Of a stretch of DNA of 32,000 nucleotides, positions 1-10,100 are shown in pieces. The stretch is from assembly GCF_000024185.1 (NCBI RefSeq), contig NC_013790.1:2709613-2741612 (forward strand). Direction: 5' to 3'. The DNA is from Methanobrevibacter ruminantium M1 (lineage in GTDB: Archaea; Methanobacteriota; Methanobacteria; Methanobacteriales; Methanobacteriaceae). Position 1 is the first letter of the stretch; each line of letters starts with the position of its first letter. Both the position numbers and the translations under genes were made by a program. The notes under the pieces were generated by a model, which did not search any database, was not told the origin of the DNA, and was given only the letters and a program-made list of their open reading frames with translations.

Positions 1-726
1 TTACGAGCAAAAAACCAAATAGCCACTATGACCCACCATTCTTGTCTTAGGCCTTGTTCCTTGAGGCCTTATTTCCATTTCCCTCTCTAATGTCTCAAGG
101 ATTGTAAGGTCTCTGAAATCAAGCTTCTTTGCAATTCTATAAGCCACTTCAGCTTGGTCAATATAAGGGGCATAGACAGCAAGCCATCCTCCTAATCTAA
201 GGGCCTTTTTAACATCCTCAAAAATTTCAAATGGCTTTGGAAGGTCTAGGAAAACAAGATCAATCTCCTCTTCATCGATTCCTTCCTTGATGTCCTGATT
301 TTTTACCTCTATGTTCTTTATTCCAAAGTTGTCAATGTTTCTCTTTGCAATCTCTGCAAAGTCTTCCCTGATTTCATAGGTGTAAACCTGACCCTTATCT
401 CCAACCACATTTCCAAAGTTCAATGCGATTGCACCGGCTCCTGTTCCTGCATCGATGACCCTGTCTCCTGCACCTAATCCCGTTCTTGCCAGCACAGTTC
501 CTATATCCTTTTGAATGAGAATGGAGCATCTTCTTTCCATAAGGTCAATGAAATCGTTGACTGTAGGCTTTATGACCTTAAATTCTTTATCTAAATGAGT
601 GATTATTGTATCTCCAATTGTTGCCCTTTCCATCTGTTCCTTTTTAATAATTCCCAAATCAGTTTGGAATTCTCTATCTTCCTTTAGAAGGTATTTCTTA
701 CCTCTTTCATCCATTAATATCTTCAA
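1..726 (-). CDS. trmI: tRNA (adenine-N1)-methyltransferase, TrmI/Gcd14 family
   Basis: 241-aa ORF ending with TAA at 1-3, so the gene is complete. It has the class-I SAM methyltransferase glycine loop VIDAGTGAGAIAL. YTYEIREDFA and DLVFLDLPKP segments are typical of the m1A57/58 TrmI family. A small N-terminal beta domain is present (ILMDERGKKYLL...DLGII). I kept the TTG start at 726 because the following residues resemble archaeal TrmI N-termini as I recall them; ATG at 714 is the alternative. Confidence 0.85.
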   Translation of the reverse strand: MKILMDERGKKYLLKEDREFQTDLGIIKKEQMERATIGDTIITHLDKEFKVIKPTVNDFIDLMERRCSILIQKDIGTVLARTGLGAGDRVIDAGTGAGAIALNFGNVVGDKGQVYTYEIREDFAEIAKRNIDNFGIKNIEVKNQDIKEGIDEEEIDLVFLDLPKPFEIFEDVKKALRLGGWLAVYAPYIDQAEVAYRIAKKLDFRDLTILETLEREMEIRPQGTRPKTRMVGHSGYLVFCS

Positions 727-984
727 ATAATCACAACCTAAAAAAAATAAATTTAATTGATTAAAATTTGTAAAAATAAACTTTTAAAATTAATTGAAAT
801 TTCTAAAAATAACTCTTAAGAGAAATTTTAAAAAACCCTTAAAAAATATATTTAAGTTTTATTAAAAATATTTTTAGTTTTTATCTTATTTAATGATTTT
901 TTAATAAAAGCAAATATTGATTAAAGCTGAAAACTTAAAAATAAAAGAATTAAAAATCAAGGATTGAAAAAAATATAGAGAAAC

Positions 985-1100
985 TTTTAAAATACAAATA
1001 CTTGCATCACCAGTTAAATCAATTTCTCATTCTTCTCTGGCTTTTTAAAATACAAATACTTGCCATCAACAACTTCCTTAATGCTTTTAGCTGTTTTCTT
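985..1100. repeat. Degenerate 58-bp tandem duplication spanning the hef stop codon
   Basis: The 21-mer ttttaaaatacaaatacttgc occurs at 985-1005 (just downstream of the stop) and at 1043-1063 (inside the CDS, encoding GKYLYFK). Similarity continues imperfectly for about 10 more nt (atcaccagtt vs atcaacaactt). Confidence 0.7.
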
Positions 1101-3542
1101 ACCTATTCCATCGACTTCCTGCAATTGCTTTTCGTCAGCTTGGAGAACAGCCTTCACTGAACCGAAGTGCTCAAGGAGGTTCTTTGCATGGACTGGTCCT
1201 ATGTTTGGCAAGGATTCAATTATGAATAGCTGCTGCTCCCAAAGATTCTGAGGCTTTCTCTCTGTTCTTATCTGTATGCTCTTCTTTTCACCTTGCTGTT
1301 CCCTTATTGCAATTCTCTTAATCATTGCAGCGGTGTCCTCAGGGGTTCTTGTTGGAATTATGCTGATTCCATAATCTATTGCAATGGAAGCCATTGATCC
1401 CCTTATTGCATTTGGATTTATGAAACCGGTATAGAAGTCATCTCCCTCAAGGATAAGAATAGGCTTTTTAAACTCTTCCATCATGGCCTTAGCCTGCTTG
1501 AAGAGCCTCTTATCAACAATGGAATCTACAAAGTCGCTTGCAGTTTTCCTTTCTATTGCAACATCATCGCTTACCTGATAGTCTGCAACTGCCATTGTAT
1601 TGACCTTTACTTTGACTCCTATGGTGTCCAAGGCCCTTATAACCCTTGAATTTCCTTCCCTTGAGTCAACATAAACCACCAGTTCATCGCTTGTTGATGA
1701 CTTTGCAAGCTCTTCAATAATGGAATCTTCCAAAGATTGCTTTTTCTTGGCCTCCTTTTCCATCAATTCCTTCTGCTTCTCTTCATTGTCGTTTTCAAGG
1801 CTTATCTCTTCAATGTCCTCATTCTTTGCTTCTTCCTCAAAGTTGTCGCTGCTGTCATCATCTCTAGGGTCTTCGATAATGACCTTTTCCCTCTTGCCAA
1901 GATCCTTAGCTGACTTTTCAACCTCTATCTTCTCCACTGCATTGAGCTTAAGCTCTTCGATGGCCTCTTGAGTTGCAAGCTGAGTCTTCATCTTGTCCTC
2001 ACGCCTCATGCTGGTCCAATAGTAGCCCTCATCCCTTGTCTTTTCAGTGATCAATACTTTCATCCTTCCAGAGGATTTACGGCCTGTCCTTCCCCTTCTT
2101 TGAATCATCCTGACTTCAGATGGAACCGGCTCATACATTATGACAAGGTCAACTGCAGGTATGTCTATTCCTTCCTCTGCAACGCTTGTAGAGATTAGAA
2201 CATCATAATTTCCTGTCTTAAATGACTTGATAATCTTCTTCTGCTCCTTTTGGGTAAGGCCCTTCTTGCCGTCGCTTGTTCCCTGTCCAAAGAACCTAAC
2301 ACTTTTGATTCCTTCCCTTTCACACCTTTCATGAATCATGTCCAAGGTGTCTCTAAACTGGGTGAAAACAATTATCTTTGGGCTGTCCTCCTTCACCTTC
2401 TCATCCATGGAAGAGTCTGAGTCGTTTCTAAGGGAAGTGAGTCTGGTCTGAGCCTCATCAACACCTAATTCCAATTTGAGAAGTTCAACTAGCTTATTCA
2501 TCTTAGGATGCTCAAGTCCCTTTTCTTCAGCCTCCTTAGCAAAATAGATTGCCTTTGAAAAGTTAGGGTCAAGAAGGATGTTCTTTGCTGCCTTTGTGGT
2601 CTTCTTCCTAAGGCGCTTTATATAGTCATTGAATGGCACTACCCCTTGGGTTTCAAGAAGCTCAAGGGAATGCTGAAGGTTGATTACGGCAGATAGGATT
2701 GAAATTGCCTGGAAGCACTCCTTAGGAGGATTTACAGACTGACCTATCTTTCTTTGAACCCGTGACCTTGCCTTGAGAACATCCCGCTTTGTTACAGAGA
2801 CCGTATTGATTACCCCAAGAGACTTAAGGCCTTTAAGACGAACCTTCAATGCCTTGTTGACAAGATCCCTTATCTTTTCAAGCTCCTCTCCCAACTGAAC
2901 CCTTACCCAGTCGATTTGGATAGGATTGAAGTAGGGCTTGACATCAGGATCGTCTTCAGTCTTGATGGTGATGTCCTGTATGAATAGATTTTCACAAACT
3001 TCCTTGATTTTAGACTTGTCATGACCTGGTGAAGCGGTCAATCCAAGAATGAGGTGGTTATTAGACTCCTTTACATAGCGGTGAGCAAGATAGACATAGG
3101 AATATGAGCCTACGGCATGGTGGCATTCGTCAAAGACAAGCAGGGAAACATCATCAAGGGTGTAGCGCTCATTTAGAAGGTCAGATTCGATAGTCTGTGG
3201 AGTTGCACAGATGATTGAAGAGGCATCCCAACGCTTTTCACGCTCATCTGTCTTGACGGCACCAGTGATAGATGTGCAAGGCAGGTTTAGAAAGTGCTTG
3301 AAGTTCTCTTCATGCTGTATGGCAAGTGGCTTGCTTGGAGCAAGTATGAGTACCTTTGAACCTTTTAATTTCTGCAATCTGTCTGCAGCTACCAGTATTG
3401 CTATGATGGTTTTACCTAAAGCGGTTGGAGCTACAATCATAGTATTTCCATTTTTCAATACATTCGCAGCTAAAACCTGCTGATAAATCCTAGCTTCCGC
3501 TGCATTTGGCCTAATTAAAGGATGTTCGATATAAGTAACCAT
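1014..3542 (-). CDS. hef: Hef: SF2 helicase fused to an ERCC4/XPF-type structure-specific nuclease
   Basis: 842-aa ORF. Helicase motifs: Walker A APTALGKT (~3410-3440), DECH box FDECHH (~3121-3140) and motif VI QRRGRTGR. The C-terminal ERCC4 nuclease signature is VYVDSREG...ERKTASDF, followed by helix-hairpin-helix GIGKKTAKSI. An acidic/Lys-rich low-complexity linker lies between the two halves (~1690-1870). Confidence 0.9.
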   Translation of the reverse strand: MVTYIEHPLIRPNAAEARIYQQVLAANVLKNGNTMIVAPTALGKTIIAILVAADRLQKLKGSKVLILAPSKPLAIQHEENFKHFLNLPCTSITGAVKTDEREKRWDASSIICATPQTIESDLLNERYTLDDVSLLVFDECHHAVGSYSYVYLAHRYVKESNNHLILGLTASPGHDKSKIKEVCENLFIQDITIKTEDDPDVKPYFNPIQIDWVRVQLGEELEKIRDLVNKALKVRLKGLKSLGVINTVSVTKRDVLKARSRVQRKIGQSVNPPKECFQAISILSAVINLQHSLELLETQGVVPFNDYIKRLRKKTTKAAKNILLDPNFSKAIYFAKEAEEKGLEHPKMNKLVELLKLELGVDEAQTRLTSLRNDSDSSMDEKVKEDSPKIIVFTQFRDTLDMIHERCEREGIKSVRFFGQGTSDGKKGLTQKEQKKIIKSFKTGNYDVLISTSVAEEGIDIPAVDLVIMYEPVPSEVRMIQRRGRTGRKSSGRMKVLITEKTRDEGYYWTSMRREDKMKTQLATQEAIEELKLNAVEKIEVEKSAKDLGKREKVIIEDPRDDDSSDNFEEEAKNEDIEEISLENDNEEKQKELMEKEAKKKQSLEDSIIEELAKSSTSDELVVYVDSREGNSRVIRALDTIGVKVKVNTMAVADYQVSDDVAIERKTASDFVDSIVDKRLFKQAKAMMEEFKKPILILEGDDFYTGFINPNAIRGSMASIAIDYGISIIPTRTPEDTAAMIKRIAIREQQGEKKSIQIRTERKPQNLWEQQLFIIESLPNIGPVHAKNLLEHFGSVKAVLQADEKQLQEVDGIGKKTAKSIKEVVDGKYLYFKKPEKNEKLI

Positions 3543-3562
3543 AAGTTATATTATATTTCTAT

Positions 3563-3572
3563 TATATTTAAA
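3563..3572 (-). promoter_or_regulatory. Candidate TATA box for hef (possibly a leaderless mRNA)
   Basis: The minus strand reads TTTAAATATA, centred ~26 nt upstream of the hef ATG (3542). No Shine-Dalgarno-like purine motif lies in between. TATA-like strings are common in AT-rich DNA, so confidence is low. Confidence 0.3.
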
Positions 3573-3922
3573 GTTTTAAGTGAGAGCATTTGAAAAGTAT
3601 TCGTTGATTAAACTTGTATTATAAGTTGTTAATTGGATTTATTCAATTAATTTAGTGTTTATTTTGATCAATTAGAATTATTAATCATTTTTGAAGATGA
3701 AATTTTAAGTTTTGCTTTATTTAAAAATCAATAGAATAAGATAAAGTTCAAAGCCCAATTTTAAGAAAAATAGTTCAAATAGAAAAAATAAGAAAAAAAG
3801 AAAATATAGCTAAAAATTATAATAATTGATAGTGAAAGATTGAAAAAATTTAGAAAAAAAGTTAGTAGAATAACTAAAAATCTAATAAAATAGGTTAAAA
3901 TCAAATTAAAAAATCTCATTAT

Positions 3923-3969
3923 AAAAAAAAAGTATGCTTCAACTTAGAATCAAAAGATCCTAAGTTGAA
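3923..3969 (-). terminator. Hairpin followed by a T9 tract (minus strand)
   Basis: Perfect 10-bp inverted repeat ttcaacttag / ctaagttgaa (3938-3947 / 3960-3969) with a 12-nt loop. On the minus strand it is followed 6 nt later by nine consecutive T (3923-3931). Oligo-T tracts are the established archaeal termination signal. Confidence 0.5.
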
Positions 3970-4127
3970 AAAGGTTTAATTTTATAAATTTTACATGTTT
4001 TTCCAAATTCTAAAAAACTCACTTGTGTTTCATCAGTTTTAAGAATACCCGCGAAATCTTTTATAAATAAATCAAATAAGCTTGTTTATACCTAGACCGT
4101 GATAAAATTTTTGGTCAAGGTTTTTGG

Positions 4128-4172
4128 CGGATTTTGGCAAAGCCAAAATCCGTTAAAAAGCTTGCGTAAAAA
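4128..4172 (-). terminator. Two T5 tracts plus an 11-bp perfect hairpin just downstream of the giant ORF stop
   Basis: On the minus strand, T5 tracts lie at 4168-4172 and 4155-4159. The hairpin is cggattttggc-aaa-gccaaaatccg (4128-4138 / 4142-4152). All of this lies within 55 nt of the TAA at 4179-4181. Confidence 0.45.
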
Positions 4173-4178
4173 GCCTGT

Positions 4179-7100
4179 CTATTTAATTACTAACTTCGCA
4201 GTCTTAGATACAGAGGCATATGTATTGTCTTTAGCGTTCTTGACGGTAAAACTGTAAGTTCCTTTCTGGGAGATGCTTACTTTTACAGATGCCACACCTT
4301 TATCGTTGGTAGTTGCAGAGTAGGATTTACCGTTTACGGTAAATGTTAGTTTTTTACCTTTGTCCACGTTTCCAGAGCTTGTTAAGAGTTTTGCAGTTAA
4401 AGTCTTAGTCTTAGCAGAGGCTTTGTAAACCTTGCTGCTTGTGGATAGCTTAGGAGTTTGAGCGCTTACGTTGATTAAGGCTACATTGAATGCGCCTGTG
4501 TAGTTGTCGTCTCCTAAGAATGAGATTGCAAAGGTGTATCCGAATACGATTCTTAAGTTGATTTGGAGTTTAGCCCAACCGGTTTCGTTGGTTGTACGGT
4601 TGTATACTTTTCCGTTGAATCCGATGGATACGCTCTTGTTAGCAAGGGCTTTTCCGTCTTGGTCAACTAATTGGAAGTAGAAGTATTCGCCGATTCTTCC
4701 ATCAACATTAGGGTTGACTGCTGTGGTATTCATGTCGTTGTAGTTGAACTTGGTTGCTTTTCTTTCCACTACGAAGTTTGCTGAGTCGCTTGAAGGAGCG
4801 TATGTAGCGTTTCCAGCGAAGTTACTTACAACAGTGTAGTGATCTGCAGCTAAGTCGCTGAATTTTACAGTTGCTTTTCCGCCGGTTACAGTTACGTTTT
4901 GTGCTTCACCGTTTAACAATACTTCAACTACACCGTCAAGAGCTTTGCCTTCTGAGGTGAATTCAATGGTTGCAGTTATGTCTGATTCACCATAGAGGAT
5001 ATTTTTCTTGTCTACTTTAACTGTCATGTTAGTGAGTGAAGTAGATTCTGTTACATGAGTGGAGTAGCTTGTTGGAGCATAGTTAGGGTTTACAAATTCA
5101 ACGTCAACTGTGTGGTCGCCAGGAGCTAATTGGCCAATGGATACGCTTGAAGTGTCATTGCCAACTGTAGTGTTAGCGACAGGTTCGCCGTCTACATAGA
5201 CAATTACAGTACCATTTATGCCTTCACCTGTGGAATCCTTAACAATTACATCAACAGTGGTTTCGTTTTCGCCTACGTTTACAGTAGCTTCAACGGTAGC
5301 ATCAGTTGATGGTTCAATTGCTATGTTTTCTTCCTCATGAACAGGGGAGTGTTCACCGTCATCGAAGTCGACAGCAATAGTGTGGTTGCCAGCTTCTAAT
5401 CCTTCTACAGGGACGGTTACGGTTCCGTCTTCGCCGATTGTAGCGTTAGCGTATTCTTTGCCATCTACAGTTACGGTTACAGTTGAGCCTTCAAGTGGTT
5501 TGCTTGCAACGTCCTTAAGGGTTACAGTTACATTTGTAGCTTTGCCGTATTCGTCAGGGGTGATGGATACTTCCATTTCAACAGTTTTTGGTTCGGTTAA
5601 GATAATCTTAGCCTCAGTGTTGTTTACTGGGTAATATTCATCATTTCCTAAGAATATGACAGTTACATTGTAAGTTCCAGGAGCAACATAGTTGGAGATT
5701 TGGAAAGCAGCTTCTCCAGTGCCGTTTTCAATTTCAATAAGTTCATCGACACCAGATACTTCCCAGATGACTCTTACTACTAAAGGAATGTTTAATTTTT
5801 CGCCGTTTGCACCGGTTGCATTAACTTTAACAGTTGCAACTTCACCCCATTCGACTGTTTCGCCTTCTGCTGAAATTACAGGAGTTGCTTTATCTACATT
5901 GACAATTGCGCGTCCGTAACTACCTTCAGAGTAGTTTCCGTTTGCGACTGAAACCTCGATTTCATGTTTGCCAGGGGCTAAGTCTTTAATAGAGATTTCA
6001 ACTTGGCCGTCTTCAAGATCGTAGTAGCCGATTAAGTAGCCGTCTACAACAAGACATGCATCGGCATCTATAGGTTTGTCCTTGTTGGTAGCATTGACAG
6101 TTACAACAACGACATCTCCATAGCTTGGGTTATCATTGTCAGTGTCAACAAATACAACAGCTTCAGCAGGAGCAACTTTGGCTGTAGCTTCAGTTTTTGT
6201 AGGCTTGTGAGTACCGTCATCGAGAGCTACGGTGATTTCATTATCTCCTGCAGGCAATACGCCAAGGTTTACAGTGCCGTTTTCATCTACAGGGTATTCT
6301 TTGGTTTCACCGTTTACAGTTACATTGACTGCTTCTAGAGGGATTTGTTCGCCAGCGCCGTCTTCAGCAGTGACTTTGATAGTTAGTTCATCGCCGTATG
6401 ATACGTCCTCTGGAACTTCAACGTTAACTGTAGCGGTAGTGGAAGCAGTTACATTAACTGTTTCAGTGTCGTTTACAGCTTCGCCGTAGTTGCCGTTTGC
6501 AATGTAGGTTACAGTTACATCGTATGTTCCTTGATGGACATATGGGCTGAGATCGAATGAAGCTTCATTGGAATCGTCAAGGTCAATTACTTGGGTAAGA
6601 CCGTCAACGACCCAGTCAACAGTTACGATTACTTTACCGGATAATGGCATGCCATCAATGTCACTTACACTGACAGTTACAGTGCTAGGTTCGCCATATT
6701 CAACTTCACTTCCAGTTACACGGACTATAGGGGTAGCAGGAGTGATTTCTAAGGAAGTAATGTTGAATCCTTCGTAATTAGCACCATCATCTCCAAATGC
6801 AGCTATGATAGTGTAGGTTCCAACATCAAACCTTTCTGTAATATTGGTTACTCCAGTACCATTTTTGACAGTGACTGTTCCTTCAAATCCTGGACCGTAA
6901 ATCTTAAATTCAACGGTTCCGTTTAATAGTTCACCGCCATTGCCAAGAGCTGTTACAGTAATAGGGATGGTTTCGCCATAGGTAACAGTGATAGGGTCTA
7001 TGGATAATTTAGCTAGAGCTAAATCAACAATGGTTGAAGTTACGCCTCTGCCATCATAGTAGCCATCATCACTTTCAAAGTCTACAACAATCCAGTATTC

Positions 7101-10100
7101 GCCAGTAGGCAATATGGTATCAAGGACTGCAGTAGCGCCGTCTTTATCAAGTTCTACATCAGCTAAAACATATACAGGATCTACAGATGCTGGATCATCA
7201 TATACATAAATGGTAGCAGTACCTGTTACAGGTAATCCACCTTCAGAAACGATAGGATCAATTTCTACAGTGACCTTTTCACCGTAAGTGATGCTTTCAT
7301 CTGCAGTGACAAGAACATCTACATCAGACATATCCAATACTTCAAAGCTTCCGACAGCAGCAATGGAATCTGCACCGCCAGTGTTATATTTATCATCTCC
7401 ATAGAATGAGACACTATAGCTGTATTTACCTACATCTAATGGAGGAACTGTGATAACATCACCGTTGCTGATGTTGTAAGTTCCATTGAATACATCGTCA
7501 CCGGTTGTTGCGTCAACTACAGTGAAGTTAACTTCAATGAGGTCTCCTTCAATCATTCCATCTACATATACGGTTATGTCGATTCCTTCGCCGTAGGATA
7601 CATTGTCTACATTGGAAGAATCTAAATCAAGGATTTCGGCTGTGTTTACAGTGAATACTTCAGATGTGAAGTTGTCTCCAGCGTATAATTCGCTTGTAAA
7701 TTCGATTGTGTAGTAGTAGTCGCCAACTTCTAAGTCTTCGAATGAGATGCTGTCTTCCAAGCCAAGGGCAATGTTAAAGGAGTCTAATAATTCTCCAGTA
7801 GCGTTGTCGTATAAACTGACATTTGCAATTACAGTATCTTCTTGGACTATGCCGGTTACGGTTACATCAGCTTCAACATCTTTGCCATATACAATTTCTT
7901 GAGTGGTTATTGTAGAGTCGATTGCAAGTGTAGCTTGAGTGATAGTTATGTTAATGGTCTTTTCTGCATTTGCATAGTTATCATCGTCACTTAAGAATTT
8001 TACTACAATTGGATTGTCGCCCACAACTAAACCATTGAATGTTAATTCTCCAAGACCGGTTTCAGGATCGTAGATTGCACCAGACACATCTTCTGAAATA
8101 GGTTTAATAGCAATTACAGTACCTTTAACACCTTTATCATCAATGCCTGTAACATTGAATGTTATTGTATTGGTATCAGCATATACTTGTTGAGCATTCT
8201 CTACATTTAAGGTAGGGGTTGCTTTGGCCACTTTGAAGTTAGTGTAGTTAACTGATGATTCTGGGTCGTAGTTGCCTTTGTCATCTACGAAGTAGCTTAT
8301 GACAGTGTAGGTTCCTACATCTAAAATATCAGTGAGGTTTACAGCACCAGATCCGTTTACAATCGCAATTTCACCTTTTTTATTTAATTCGGTTATGATG
8401 TAATATACAGTACCGTTTAATTCCTCTAGATTTACACCGAATACGGCAGCGCCGAATTCTATGGTATCGCCATATGCAATGTCTGATGATAGATCATCTG
8501 CATCCCATGGAACTAGATATAATGTAGCATTAGCTGGGCTTACATATGCACTGCATTCTTCAGGGCCGGACATAAATTCCATCATTGAATCATAGAAGTA
8601 TGCATCTCCAGTGAATTTACCAACTCCGCCAGCAGTAGTGGTAGTGTTGGTTCCTTGACCGTTATTCACATATACTATGAATGAAATGTCATCATCGCCT
8701 GTAGAAATCATGCCTGTGACCATTCCAGTTAAGCTATTGCCGTCAATGTCAGTTGCGTTTTCAACTATGACAGTAAGCTTATCGCCGTAAACACCGTCTT
8801 CGATAATTATGTCGAAGTATGCAACATCAGCTATGAAGGTAATCTCTTCAGTGTCGTTTACAACTTCATTATAGTTATCGTTGCCTATGAATTTAGCGTC
8901 AATGGCCCAAGTGGTAGCAGGTAAGTCATTAATAGTGAGCTCGCCGTCACCATCTTCATCAGTTTCAACTAAGTAGGTTTCACCAGCAACAGTTACAATA
9001 ACAGTGCCCTTAATACCGTTTCCATCTTTATCGGTAAGAGAAATGGTAACAGTAGCATCATCACTAGGAGGCATTAAGTATTCATCACCTTCAACAGATA
9101 AGATAGGGGTTGCTTTAGTAACACTAATTGTTTTTTGAGCAGTTTCTACATGGTATACATTTCCGTTTTCATCAGTAAATGCAGTAATTACAATAGTGTA
9201 ATCACCTACATCTGGTTGATTGTCAATTAATATTGTGTAATTGCCATCAACTACTTCTGCAGTGCCAGGTGCACCGTTAATGGTGTAAATCATATTGATA
9301 GGTTTGTTGTTTACTCCCCAATCGAATGTACCATTAATGGTTATGGTTTCACCGTAAGCGTAGGTGTCTTCTGCTACAATGGTAGGTATTGTTGTATAGA
9401 AGTTATTACCTTCAAAGCCAAGAGTTGCATCTCCATTTAAGAAGATGTGGTAATTGAGAGCTTCACCTTCATTGTAGTATAATGTAGAGTCATAAAGGTT
9501 TACTGTAGTTCTATTATCAATGTAGATAGCTCCACCTTGATCTGCAACATTATATCCAAAGACACAGCTATCAATAAGTACTGATGCAGTATTACCACTA
9601 GTAGCACTTATATCTATAGCTCCACCGTTAGCAGCAGAGTTGTTATAGAATTGAGAATCTGCAATTATACCAGTAGCTTTCTTAGCTATCTTAATAGCAC
9701 CACCAGTAGCAACATATCCGTTACTGCCGACACCTGTAGCATTATTGCCTATGAAAACACAGTCATTAATGTAGAATAATGTAGTACCACTACCTACATA
9801 GATAGCTGCACCGCAGTATGCTAAGTTAGTTATAAATTCACAATTTTCTACAGTTAAATCACTGAGTTCAGTGCCTATAGGTAAAGCAGTTATTGCAGAA
9901 CCATAAGTACCGCTGTTGTTTTCAAAGTGGGAATTGCTGATTTTAGCTTTTCCAGAGCTTAAAATAACACCGTCAACTAATTCAGGATGATTATCATCTC
10001 CAGTTCTTATGACATAGTTTAAAAGGTTATTTGTAAATCTGGAATTGACAACATTCAAAGTGCCATTGTTAAAGATGGCAGCTCCACCATTATCATCGTT

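Noticed and set aside
1060-3483. Plus-strand ORFs (63-90 aa) inside hef
   Set aside because: Antisense shadows without motifs. hef is supported by full helicase and nuclease motif sets.
4030-4036. C-box-like CTGATGA on the minus strand suggesting a C/D-box sRNA
   Set aside because: No CUGA D box or C'/D' pair lies at the expected distance downstream, and there is no terminal stem.
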